Source of the DNA: Selaginella moellendorffii
Taxonomy: Eukaryota > Plantae > Lycopodiophyta
Reading direction: 5' to 3'
Length of the DNA stretch: 64,000 bases
Assembly (NCBI RefSeq): GCF_000143415.4
Contig: NW_003314297.1
Span: 682,001 to 746,000 of the forward strand
Shown here piece after piece: positions 1 through 11,294 of this stretch; the stretch's first letter is position 1, and every line of letters begins with the position of its first letter. Position numbers and translations under genes: made by a program. The notes below the pieces were generated by a model, which was not told the DNA's origin, did no database searches, and saw only the letters and a program-made list of their open reading frames with translations.

Positions 1-637
1 CCCACCGCCGCCGCCGCCACGACCGAGGAGAGCAGTAGCAGCGCTGGCGCCGAGGTAATCAACAGCAGCAGCAAGAAGCGCAAGATCGACGACCACCGCA
101 ATGCTGCTGCTGTGAACATTCCCGATCGTGATCTCCAGCTCGACGTTCATGGCGCGCGCAACGTTAACAGCTGGCCGATGCGGGACGTGAGCCTCCACCT
201 CTCAGCGCAGCCGCTGCCGAAAGGCTGGGAGCAATGCTTGGATCTCAAGGTTACTTCCGCTCCAGAAGATTTTTCTCCAAAATATCAGTCACTCACTCTT
301 GTCAATGCAGGCGGGAGAGATGTATTACTTCAATAAGGCGCTTGGGCTGCGAACCAGGGATGACCCACGTATGGGATTCGATTGGAGCAGCGGCAACAGC
401 AGTCATTCCCTGGCGGCCACCAAGGACATGGCGTCGCTCCTCGAGATGAACAACACCTACAGGATGGCCTTGGCGCAGCTGCAGCAGCAGCGGTATCGAT
501 ATCATCAAGTCGTGCAGCGGCATTTGGATCTCAGCCGCAACCTGTCTTGCACCTGTGCCTCTTGCTCTTGGAAGCGCCAATTTGGCCGTAATCTCCACGA
601 CGCCTCGGGTGCTATGGTCCAGAGGAAGCGAGGGTGA
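1..637 (+). CDS. WW-domain protein, CFL1 (curly flag leaf 1)-like; 5' end lies outside the window; exons <1-249 and 311-637
   Basis: PLPKGWEQCLDLK (ORF 112-336) splices through a GT-AG intron at 250-310 to AGEMYYFN (ORF 299-637), rebuilding a WW domain of the plant CFL1 type. Confidence 0.75.
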
Positions 638-1225
638 TTGCATGCTTGTTTTCCAATTCAATTGCGAACCCACAACTTCGAGCATTCACGCTGTTTATTG
701 CGAAAGATTGGCGGTGGATTGACAGTCTTTGGTCGTATTCATGGAGGGTGTAAAACATACGGGGAGGGAATCACTAGAATCAATCCCACATTCATGAACA
801 GAGGCTTCCAAGGGATGATGCGGTGTCCGGACCAAGTGTGTGCCTGGAGCTCCATCGTAGCAATGGCAATACCCAAAGCGGGCAATTCGCATTTTGCTGT
901 GCGCGGGCGTGGCATTCTTATCAGGAACAAGTCAGAGCTGGGATGTGGGGGATTACGTCACACTCAAGATTTAGCTGCTGTCATTAAATGGTGAAAGTAT
1001 GTAAGTTACCACATAGTTTTACCAGTGTTGAAAGTGAAAGTATACATTACTTTCATATAATATTTTATAGTTTGATTTGGTGCATTGACCATGTGTATTT
1101 TTCAGTTTTAGGATTTGGCTTTTTGTTTTTAAGACTCCTATACCCGTGATTAATGAAACAATGCTGGCATTATTATAGTTGATTTTTAAATTCTGATTTA
1201 CAAAGAAAAAATGTTTTAAAATAAA

Positions 1226-1298
1226 TGGAGACGCCGGGTATCGATCCCGGTACCTCTCGCATGCAAAGCGAGCGCTCTACCACCTGAGCTACACCCCC
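1226..1298 (-). tRNA. tRNA-Ala (TGC)
   Basis: Minus strand reads GGGGGTGTAGCTCAGGTGGTAGAGCGCTCGCTTTGCATGCGAGAGGTACCGGGATCGATACCCGGCGTCTCCA: cloverleaf, anticodon arm CTCGC-TTTGCAT-GCGAG, followed by a T-rich terminator. Confidence 0.97.
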
Positions 1299-1406
1299 AA
1301 GACGTTGTAAACTTCCAAAATTTTGCAACATATTATTACAAAACTATACAATCTATATCCACAGTTCTTTCTCGCACACGACCAACACAATAAATAATGG
1401 ACAAGG

Positions 1407-2710
1407 CTACGCGGCGATCTTTTGTTTCTCGGCGGAGACAAGGGACGTGTTGGCGATCTTGCCCTGGAGATTGAGCGCGCTCAAAAGGCGAGGCCAAGTC
1501 TCCGGGATCCCGCCAAGGATCTCAAAGTCAAGCAGCTTCCCCTGTGCTCTATAGTAGTCCTCCACGGGTCTCGACTGCAAGCAAGACGATGAATCAATCA
1601 CAAAACTATGGAGTTCTATGGCGTTCTTAGAGCACAGACCTCCAGGGAGTAGATCCGGACCCTTTCCCTGATCACTTCTTCCGTGTCGTCGCTTCTCATG
1701 GTCATCTTCTTGAGGCACCGCGGGGGTGGCAAGATGGCCGGCATGAAGATCCGGGGGAGAGTCTCGGTTTCTGGGACGTCCACGTTGGCGACATTGAAGT
1801 TGCCGTGACACTGGCTGCAAATCCTCCGCCCCAGGCACTTTGCAACCAGGACGTCCTCCCGCAGTCGCAGGTTGACGACCAGAGTTATGCTCGCGATCGA
1901 GTCCAGCGTTTTCTGCAACGAGAAAACACTCGAGTTTTACGTAAGCTTGACTACTTGAGCTACATAGTTGGCGATGGATCTGAGGAGAAAACTCACGGCT
2001 TGACTGGCAGTGCGAGGAAATCCATCCAAGATGAATCCAACGTCCTGATTTGCGGACGCTTCTTCCAGCCTCTTGGTCAAGAGGCCGAGAACGAGTTCGT
2101 CCGGAAGCAGCTTCCCTCGGCTCACTAAATCCTTGAGCTGGATCAAAACGATGCCATAAGAAACCATGCAAAAGTGTTCTAGAACTTGGAAAACACAAAC
2201 TAGAACCGATATATGATCAAGAACTTGGGAAGACACATGCAAAAGTGTTCTAGAACTTGGAAAACACAAACTAGAACCAATATATGATCAAGAACTTGGA
2301 AGAACACGAGCCAAAAATCGCAACAAGCCTTGGAGAACTAGGAGCGACTAGAATTCAAGTGATCGAGGCTAGAACATTGGATGAAGCTAAACTCATCGTA
2401 CCTCTTTAGACAAAGGAGAGTCTCGTTTCAACTCCTGCCTCACGAGATCGCCCATTGCGATGTGAGGAACGCGCAAACCCAGCGCGAGCCGGCTCGCGTA
2501 GGTTCCTTTGCCAACGCCGGGGCATCCCAGAAAGACCCACTGCATCCCGGGCCAGCTCTTGCAGCCCACATTCTCGTCCAGCACTCCATCCTCGGGGAAA
2601 TCCTCCCAGTTGTAGGCGACCTCGCTAGCGCCCACGAACGATCGCCTCAAGCTTGATCGACCGGCCACGACTCTGGCGGAGCTTAATCGCCGGCCCAGGA
2701 CCGCCGCCAT
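1407..2710 (-). CDS. ADK: Adenylate kinase with organellar targeting peptide; exons 2710-2402, 2137-1997, 1912-1640, 1574-1407
   Basis: P-loop GCPGVGKGTYA, GFILDGFPRT, LID-like GRRICSQC and RSDDTEEVIRER motifs; GT-AG introns join the ORF pieces in frame. Confidence 0.93.
2166..2307. repeat. Roughly 71-bp direct tandem duplication in ADK intron 1
   Basis: atgcaaaagtgttctagaacttggaaaacacaaactagaacc...atatgatcaagaacttgg occurs twice in tandem. Confidence 0.9.
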
Positions 2711-2999
2711 GTCGAGCCGAGCTAGAAGAAAACTTACCGAGCTTTGGCGCGCCGCCGCCGCCGCCGAGCGCCGGCACCCCTGCTCCTCCTGTCACGAGTC
2801 CATCTTTCAGCAAATCTTGACCGTTGGATTACTAGGTTGACTGGAAGGCCCGTCGCGGGTTCGAACCTCGCGCCCTCGGGAAATCTCTTCAAACGCCCAA
2901 GTGTGGCGCGCGGCGAGCCCGAAGAACGTCCGTGCTAACCAAGGCCTCTCTCGCATATCGATCGTCTCCATCCAAGCAAAACCAGGCAACATTCTATCG

Positions 3000-3954
3000 A
3001 TGGATTCTCCAGGCGTAGCTTTGCATTTAGTTCTTGTAGCGATTTCTGGGTTTCTTCTTCCAGCTGCGAAGCCCTTCGACGCAGTGGACAGAGGCACCCC
3101 CAGGACGATCAGCAGGGTGAGTTGCGGGAGAATTCTCACAGCCCTCTACGAGCTCGTCGACACGCTCTACCACGAGACGGTTGTCCGGCCCGGAGACGCA
3201 TTCGACGATCTTGAAGAGATCGACAATGGCAAGAAAGTCTACCTCCGGCTGTGGTATTTCGATCCTGCCCGCTCTGGCGATGATTCTTGCAGCACCACCC
3301 CGCTGCTTGGCCCAACCCATGTTGGCTCTGATATCGTCCAGGATTTCAAAGGCATGGTTGATCACCTCAAGAATGTTGCAAACATCGAGCACTGGGGGTA
3401 TAGCTACTACACAGGCGTGGAAGGCAACCTTGGCATCGAGTATGCCCTGGAGGACGCGGTGGACGATAGGCTATCCAGCAGCTCTGATAACGCTACTCCG
3501 GAAATCCCCGGCGATTACCATCTTTCATCCTCACCCGTTGCTGACTGCCATCCTTTCAGAGGCGGTCTTGTAAGTGGAAAGTGCCAAGAGGAAAACGAGC
3601 ACCCTCCGAGCTGGTTTCTCGCTCATCTCGCCCAACAAAATCTTTCGGCTTACCATGCAGGGGGATTGCAACTTGGTGCTGTATGATATCAAGGATAATG
3701 TTAAGAGAGCCGTGTGGGCGAGTGGCACATTCCTGGCGGCCAAGGCGTGCTACTTGAGGATGCAGCTTGACTGTAACCTTGTAATATATGGGAAGGTGAT
3801 GAATGTTGTGAAGGCTTTGTGGGATACAAAGACTATGGTGTGTAAGAGGTGTGTGGTGGCGTGCAGCCTTGTCGTTCAGGCAGATAGGAATGTGGTGGTG
3901 TATAACAATAGGGAACGCAAGGCGGTCTGGGCAACTAACTCAATGTTTACATAA
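3000..3954 (+). CDS. Secreted protein: signal peptide, unknown domain and C-terminal bulb-type (GNA-like) mannose-binding lectin domain; frame break near 3570-3597
   Basis: Hydrophobic N-terminus MDSPGVALHLVLVAISGFLLPAA; frame 3574-3954 has three QxDxNxVxY motifs (QGDCNLVLY, QLDCNLVIY, QADRNVVVY). Confidence 0.7.
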
Positions 3955-4767
3955 AAGCACAAAACATAGTTAATGTTTATGAAAATAATTTTATTTAAAA
4001 CCAATATAAAGTTTTATTAAGTAAAGAAATGCAACTTCATATTTTATTCAGACATTACACTTACAATAACAAAAAATTCACTGAATAATATAATCTTTGC
4101 TCTCGTGGATTATATTTATTTAAATGATTGAGTTTTTCGTTTTGCATTTTAGAATTTACAAAATCTACAATTTATCTCACTAAAAATATGAAGTTCTTTA
4201 CATACTATATATGCACATAAAAATATTATAAAACTTTTATTATAAAACATCAATTTAAAAACAATGTTTTGATTTACAAGTTACAAATTTGTTTATAATA
4301 TGGTGATGGCCCAATATCACTTTTTAATTATATATTACTTTTTAACTTATTATTAAACATTTATCTCAGTACCTCTTGTACAATATGTTTTAAGCTATAC
4401 TATATAGTTTATATTAGATTTATAAGTTATAAAACTTTTCATTTTTAATCAACTTTTTTAGAGGTTTTACTAAAACTTAAAAAGAATATATATCAAATAT
4501 TAACACATTAATAATACATTTTTAGTAAGTGCAACTTTTATCCTTAAGCCCGCAGCGCTAACGAAGTTGAGAGTGACAGCCCTAAGTAGAACTGAGCAAC
4601 GAGGCGATGCGATGGACATGGCCGCCACCGCGAAATGTAGGACACTGTCGCTTCCCAGGTGGTGTTTAGCCAATCTGTAGCTCCATTCTAGATCTTGGTT
4701 CATCTATCCATTCACAAGAAGAAAGAAGAGAGAGGGATAGAGGAGGAGAGAGTGCTCACGGTGGATC

Positions 4768-6299
4768 ATGGATCCCGAAGGGTTCCCGGGAGCTCTCTTT
4801 CGGGCCTGGGAGCCTCGCCTACAGGGCGGCGCCACTGTCGCTCATCACCCAGTTCCCGCCGCTGGGAATGTAGCTCCAAATCCAAATGCCGCCGCCGCCG
4901 CCGCTGCCGCCGCCGTTGGAAGAGGAGGAGCTCTCGATCACCACCACCACCGCCATCTTCCTCCTCGGGCTTTCGAGTTTGGTTTCACCTCCGCCGGACC
5001 TGGGGGAGCCCCGCTGCCTCTAGCGCCGCCGCCGCCTCCTCCGCCGCCTCCCCGCCGCCGAGACGCCAAGACGCTGGACGAGCTCTTCAAGGACTATGGC
5101 GTGCGCATCACGACTCTGGCAAAGATGGCCGAGATGGGATTCACGGTCCAGACGCTGGTGAACATGACGGATCAGGAGTTGGAGGACGTGATCAAAACAA
5201 TGCTCGAGGGTTACCACGTCGAGCTCCTGGTGGGAGAGAAGTATGGGATCAAGTCGGCCATTCGGGCGGAGCGGAAGCACCTCGAGGACGATCTGGAGCG
5301 GCAAAAGTCGTCGTCCAAAGCTCAGCAGCAGCCTCCCAGAACTGTGGATAAGAGGCGAAGGCTCGAAGATCACGCTACGGCTTCCAAAGAAGGTACGCAC
5401 CTCTTTCTCTATCCTCCATTGTCTCTCTATCTTCCGGGCTATACAAGTTTATATTCTCGATCGTGTTCCAGTGCCTGGAAGAAGAGACAACGTTAGCAAC
5501 AGTAACACCGCAGCCAGCATACTAATACCAGATGGAATTGGAGGAGCCCTTGTGGTGAGAGATCCTTTACTTCTAGCACAGCAGCAGCAGCAGCAGCAGC
5601 AGCAGGAGCACCCACAACAGCTGGTCGCTGGAACGAGCATCGTTCCGGCTGGCGACGCCGGAGGAGGAAGTGATACCGAGAGGAAGAGGAAGAAGAAACA
5701 AAAGCGCAAAAGGTCCAAGGACGATGGGGAGGACGGCGAGGAGGACAGGCCGAGAGAGCACCCCTTCATAGTGACGGAGCCCGGAGAGCTTGCCAGGGGG
5801 AAGAAGAACGGCCTCGACTACCTATTTGATCTCTACGAGCAGTGCGGGAGGTACCTCGATGAAGTCCAGCAACAGTGCAAGGAGCGAGGAGAGAAGTGTC
5901 CTACGAAGGTAAAGTTGGTCATTTTGTTCTTGATAGAAAGCAATGGAGTTCCTTACGCTGGAAAGTCGGTCTTTGTAGGTGACGAACCAAGTGTTCCGGC
6001 ACGCCAAGCACCGGGGAGCGAGCTACATCAACAAGCCGAAGATGAGACACTACGTCCACTGCTACGCGCTGCACTGCCTGGACCTGGAGCAGTCCAACCA
6101 TCTGAGGAAGGTGTTTAAGGATCGAGGAGAGAATGTTGGAGCGTGGAGGCAGGCTTGCTACTATCCGCTGGTGGAGATGGCGAGGAACCTCAACTGGGAT
6201 ATCGAGGGAGTTTTCAGCAGGAATGACAAGCTGAGGATATGGTATGTTCCGACCAGGCTGAGGCAACTCTGTCACTTGGAGAAGAGCAAAGAATGCTGA
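4768..6299 (+). CDS. LFY: LEAFY/FLORICAULA transcription factor; exons 4768-5392, 5472-5908, 5979-6299
   Basis: MDPEGF..LFRAWEP start, SAM domain ([14 protein letters not shown]), DNA-binding domain [25 protein letters not shown]...CPTKVTNQVFR...[14 protein letters not shown]; two introns at the positions expected for LFY. Confidence 0.99.
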
Positions 6300-6362
6300 G
6301 GAAGGAAAACAAAATGAACGCGGAGAAAAAGCTCAAGTGTTTGTGCGATTTGCTCTTGACTG

Positions 6363-7153
6363 CTATGGTAGATCTGGATTCAGAGCCTTTAATTTGTCCT
6401 TCAGTTCACCAGACTGTGGACCAAAAAGAGAATTTTATGTCAATTCTTTTGTTGCCTCTTGTTTGCTTCTTACCCGATGCATGTTTGTGACAATGTCACA
6501 GCCACCGACAAACTCGCCTTTGATATAAACTTGAGGAATCGTCGGCCACTTGCTGAGAAAAACGAGAAAAAAAAAAGAACAATTCTGTCAAGCTCAGGAT
6601 GGATAGATTGGTTTACCTGAAAGATTTTACGCCTTCCCTGAGCTCGGCATCCTCAAGCACGTTTCTAGAGCTAAAAGGAACCTCTGCGTGGATGAAAAAC
6701 GAGAAAAGAATCAAAACCAAGAGATCGATCGACTGGGAATAATTTTCCATACCGTAGTGCTTGAGGATTCTCACCACCATGGCACTAAAGCCACACTGTG
6801 GAGCGTCCGGATTGCCTTTCATATACACCATCACGGGGTTGCCTTGAATATCCTGGATGGAAATTCTCCTCGTCAATGGAAGGAAAAACACACAGAGATG
6901 CAAGAAAGAACCTTCTCGATCATCTCGTGGACAGATCCAGCAGCAGTCTTCGCAACAGGCTTGAAATCATCGTGAGAATCCGCATTGTTCTCCGGGGCTT
7001 TCGTGGAGAACGCGAAAATTCTACTACTCCACGATCCTGGAATGCAATGCGATGCTCTAGAATGGAGCCGGTAAAAATTCCAGTACCAGATGAGGAGGAG
7101 GGAGAGGCGCGCCGCCTTGCCGCTGCCCTTACAGCGGCCGCGAAGCTGCTCAT
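6363..7153 (-). CDS. Monothiol CGFS glutaredoxin, mitochondrial GRXS15-like; about 6 exons
   Basis: [46 protein letters not shown] and last exon [16 protein letters not shown]; transit-peptide-like N-terminus with DSHDDFKP. Confidence 0.9.
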
Positions 7154-7258
7154 GGATGGTAATGCGCAAGAGCCCTAAATCTGCGAATATGCCCTTGTTT
7201 GAAAGCTCCTCGCTTTTTCCCCTATAGTAAATTCGCTGGAGGTGGAAATTCCAGCGAA

Positions 7259-7263
7259 GCGGG

Positions 7264-7306
<43 letters not shown>

Positions 7307-7331
7307 GCGTGTTCGATCCACGCTCACCGCA
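7259..7331 (+). tRNA. tRNA-Phe (GAA)
   Basis: GCGGGGATAGCTCAGTTGGGAGAGCGTCAGACTGAAGATCTGAAGGTCGCGTGTTCGATCCACGCTCACCGCA, the canonical plant cytosolic tRNA-Phe. Confidence 0.98.
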
Positions 7332-8374
7332 TCTCTTTATAAAGTTCGCTTTGGTCTCTTGTTTTGGTCACAAACGATGGTAGCATGTCCCTCTCTCTCT
7401 TGAAAACCTTTTTGAGGTTGCAAGCTTTTTTCTCGTTTGCATGGTTGGCAGGAACAGTCTGAAAGTCTGAGGCCCCAGCTGATTGATTCAAGCACTATAG
7501 GAAAAAGATGATACAGGAACAGAATATATGAAAATCGCAATGAAAACATATGCCATTTGGGTGGAACATCACGAAACATACGCAAGCAAACAAGTGGATG
7601 TCCAACTCCACAAAATAATCACACAGAATCCCACAAAATCATAGACTCCATCACGTTTTTCTAATCTACATGCATTTCTTATATTAATTCAGTCAAATTA
7701 CCAAAAAGCTTATTAATCCTTCTCTCTATTTGTTTTTCTGTTTCTTTTCCTTTTTTTTTTTCGTTTTTTTTTTCCTTGTGTGCCTCTATTAGTTATAATA
7801 AAATGATGCAAGTTCCACCACCACGTCCATCAATCTCCCCTTTTTACCACCATTCTTTCATATAGTATACATACACCGAGCCAAGCCTTCTCGATGCCGC
7901 CGCCACCACCACCTATCGGATTATATACAAAACGTTGCCCGGATTATTTACTTCTGCGCACCAGAAGTCCCTTGTCTCCGCGGCAACCAGTGTGACTCTA
8001 GAAGAAAATGTGAAGAAAAGAAGAACCCAAGGAAGAGAGCTGGGGGACATGTCGTCGGAGATCGCCAAGCGCGAGCAGCCCAGCCCCGATCTAAAGCTGG
8101 CTGCTCGTTCGCCTCCGACGAGAGCTTGCCCCCAGTTTTGCCCACACCAAAAACGATGGGCGTTTCTCCCTCTTCCTCCCGACTGTGATCCAAGTGATAG
8201 ATCCAATCCTATACCTGTTCAAACTCCTGCACACTACTTGTCTAGTAGTTCTCCTACAACCCCTGCCCGAGACCCCGATTGTACACACCAGTCAAACCAT
8301 CCTCCTCCAAAGTAACCATTTTCCTGTCCACCACCACCTCCTCCACCTTTGTTCTTCCTGTTCTTAAGTTACCC

Positions 8375-9541
8375 TCAGAAATCCAAGTTGAGGATCCTGC
8401 GCAGTCCTCGAGTGGCCGCCTCCGTGTCCATGATCCTGGCAAACTCGGCCTGCACCGCCAGCATCTCCGGCTTCCTCAGCGAGAAGTTTGGAATCGGGAG
8501 AGAGCTGGGCGGAGGCGAGTTTGTGAAGGCCGGCCCGGCCCACTTCTCGTCGAACAATGGCGGAGGATAAAAGGCCTCGCCAAAGTTCCGGGCAAACGGG
8601 CCACCACACCCATCGCTTACGACGTTGTTGTTGTTGTTGTTGTTAGCAGCTCCGACTGGTTCTTCTAAAACTTTCGTTGTTCTCGTTGATGAATCTACAG
8701 TAGTAGTAGTAGTAGTAGTAGCAGCCACCTTGGTAGCCTTCTTCTCCTCCTCTTTCTCCTCCTCCTTCACTAAAACACCACCTCGTTGTTCTTCCTTCTT
8801 CGTCTCTAGAGCGGCGGCGGCGGCGACGATTTGGGCCACCACCTTGACGACTTTGACGGACTTGGCAGTCCTAGCAGCACCGTCACGCTGCCTGTTCTTC
8901 GCGACAACTCCAGCACCCGCTTTCACCACCGGATCATCCGCCCTCTTGCTCGAACCCTTCACAGCGGCGTTCTCGGGAGCCGAAAGCCCGTTCTTTGCAT
9001 ACACCTCCGACAGTGGGAGCCCGGTGATCTTGGCCAGATCGCGCATTGCGGCTTCCTTGGACTGCGGGCGCTGCAAAATCGTGATTTTGGGTGGCGACTC
9101 CTCCTTCCTGGTGCCACCCTTGTCCTTCTTGACAAAACCCATCTTTGATTTGGGCTTCGGGGCGATTCCATTCTCCCCGACCTTGCTGCCCTTGGTTTTA
9201 TTGCTGCCGTTGCCTCCTTTGCCAGAAACCTTGGTATTCCCTTTCGCGTTCTTGGAAGGGGAAGATCTCCCCTTTGGAGGTTGATTCTGGTTCTGGGACA
9301 ATCGGCCGCTGGCAGTGGACGGCCGCGCATCCGCCGTCCGAGAGAGTGCAACGGGAGAAAGAGGGGAAAAATCGGTCACGGAACTCGTTCGCTGGATGGA
9401 TCTAGACGCTGGCGACGAGAGATCTGCCTTGTGATACCTGGGAGGAGTGGAGCGCGGGGAGAAGAGATCCATAACACTGCGCTTCTGCCAATACTGGTGC
9501 TGTGATAGCTGATCTTGCGACGGCAGCACCAATGTCTCCAT
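8375..9541 (-). CDS. Intronless, largely disordered protein with a C-terminal PNRC/Edc1-like motif (WAGPAFTNSPPPSSLPIPNF)
   Basis: Open frame of about 390 codons from METLVL (first ATG at 9541); basic low-complexity body; motif at 8483-8542 and terminal LRRILNL. Confidence 0.8.
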   Translation of the reverse strand: METLVLPSQDQLSQHQYWQKRSVMDLFSPRSTPPRYHKADLSSPASRSIQRTSSVTDFSPLSPVALSRTADARPSTASGRLSQNQNQPPKGRSSPSKNAKGNTKVSGKGGNGSNKTKGSKVGENGIAPKPKSKMGFVKKDKGGTRKEESPPKITILQRPQSKEAAMRDLAKITGLPLSEVYAKNGLSAPENAAVKGSSKRADDPVVKAGAGVVAKNRQRDGAARTAKSVKVVKVVAQIVAAAAALETKKEEQRGGVLVKEEEKEEEKKATKVAATTTTTTTVDSSTRTTKVLEEPVGAANNNNNNNVVSDGCGGPFARNFGEAFYPPPLFDEKWAGPAFTNSPPPSSLPIPNFSLRKPEMLAVQAEFARIMDTEAATRGLRRILNLDF

Positions 9542-9887
9542 AATCTCTAGCAATTCTATCAAGCGCCTTCCTTCCCTCAACTCTGATGATCATGCCACTG
9601 GCAAACAAAAGAATAAAAAACCTAGCCGCCATAGCCAAAGGACGCCATAGCCAAGTAACCGTGCCCGTCGCCAGCATATTCCGCTACGTTTGCCGACGCG
9701 TAAAGATATTCCACGCATCGCCGGTCAAGCTCCAGCCGCGTGGCACCGCGCCTTTGAAAAAGTTTCGCCGACGGCGACCGACCACGTGTCGCACGGCGAT
9801 TGTGTGCACTGCTAAGTGTCGTTAGCTGGCGATTACATTAATCTACATCCGCGTTTATACGTAAATTTACATTAAATACACCACATT

Positions 9888-11294
9888 TTATATCTCCAAG
9901 ACTTGACACGCAACCAGCTCGACGCGGCCAAAGCTCTTGCTCGCGATCACCGTCCACGATTCCGCCTCGGAATCCCCCGCGCCACGCCCGCCGTCGATCT
10001 CCGCCCGCAGAATGGTCACGTTGTTCCCGGCGTCCTTGGTCACCACATGAAGGCCGCTCCTCAGGCACCCGAGCAAGTATGGCGACTCCGACTCGGTGGA
10101 GAGATCCAAGACCATGGGCACCTTCCGCACCACCACCCTCCAGCAATCCTGCTCGAAGTCATACACCTTGATCTTGCTGCCCTCGGCGGTGCTCATCGGA
10201 TCCAGCGAGAACAAGCTCCCGTTCACCACCACGCTCAGCTTCATCCCGGCCTGGCGAGCCGGCCACCCCTCGCCCATCCCGCGCGGCATCTCCTCCCACC
10301 TCCCGGACACCGGATCAAACACCTCGCCACCAACGTCCACGAAGAAGGGCCACGAGTAAAGCGACTGCGGCACCCACAGCTTCCCCCGGAACGCCGCCAT
10401 CCCGGTGGCGATGGGCTTGAGTATGTCCGTCACGAACGCCGTGGGAAGAACTTGGGCGCCCACGAACGGCATGCTGGGGATCGCGCTCCAGGCGTCGGCC
10501 TCCGGATCGTAAACCTCCGCCGACTGGAGTGGAGTGAGGCCATTCCGGCCACGGTTCACGCCACCCACAGCGTACAAGTTGCCATCCACCAGCCCCGTCT
10601 TGCAGTAAGCTCGCGCGGTCCCCATGGCGGCGGCCTTGCTCCAGGAGTTTGTCCGCGGATCGTACTTCCACACCGAGGACGTCGCCGAGGCCTTGGAGAA
10701 TCCCCCCAGGACGAACAGGCAGCCGTGGAGCTCCGCCGCCGAGCAGCCGAAGAATGGGATCCTCTCGGAGGAGTCCTTCTTCCCAAACAGCGACCTCACC
10801 ATCCCGGAGATGGAAGAGCCGAGCTCCCACAAGCTCCATCCGGCGAGATCTCTTTCCTGCTGCTGCTGGCGATGGTGCTGGTGATGATCCACGTCGGGCA
10901 TGGGCGGCAATCTCCGCCACTGGGCCGTGAGTGGATCAAGCGCAAACCACACCAATTCCTCCTCCTTGTCTTTCATGAGCACGTAGAGCCACTCCTCCAC
11001 CACGCCCAGCTCGCGCCTCAGCCGGAAGATCTCGCTCGAGCTCATGACCTGCCGCCACGAGCTACACACGAGCTTCATCGCCGGATGCCGCGAGCGCGGC
11101 ACCCGCGCCAGGGCGTGCATCGCGACCTCGTCCGGAAGCCCTGGAATCAACTGCCACTGGTGCTCCCCCGCGATGCGCCTCTGGCGCTTCGAAGAGTCGC
11201 CGCTGCTGCCGATCGAAGGAATGGCCGCTGCATTACCGGCGCCTCCAGGCCGGGAATTCCCTCCCGGATCCGCAGAGCTCCAAGAGGCGCCCAT
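9888..11294 (-). CDS. F-box/kelch-repeat protein
   Basis: F-box LIPGLPDEVAMHALARVP...VCSSW; kelch repeats LFVLGG...YDPRTNSW and LYAVGG...AEVYDPEADAW; intronless. Confidence 0.95.
   Translation of the reverse strand: MGASWSSADPGGNSRPGGAGNAAAIPSIGSSGDSSKRQRRIAGEHQWQLIPGLPDEVAMHALARVPRSRHPAMKLVCSSWRQVMSSSEIFRLRRELGVVEEWLYVLMKDKEEELVWFALDPLTAQWRRLPPMPDVDHHQHHRQQQQERDLAGWSLWELGSSISGMVRSLFGKKDSSERIPFFGCSAAELHGCLFVLGGFSKASATSSVWKYDPRTNSWSKAAAMGTARAYCKTGLVDGNLYAVGGVNRGRNGLTPLQSAEVYDPEADAWSAIPSMPFVGAQVLPTAFVTDILKPIATGMAAFRGKLWVPQSLYSWPFFVDVGGEVFDPVSGRWEEMPRGMGEGWPARQAGMKLSVVVNGSLFSLDPMSTAEGSKIKVYDFEQDCWRVVVRKVPMVLDLSTESESPYLLGCLRSGLHVVTKDAGNNVTILRAEIDGGRGAGDSEAESWTVIASKSFGRVELVACQVLEI

Noticed and set aside
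7332-7460. Possible tRNA-snoRNA dicistron after tRNA-Phe (no immediate T4 terminator)
   Set aside because: No C/D or H/ACA boxes seen, and a TTTT occurs about 30 nt downstream.
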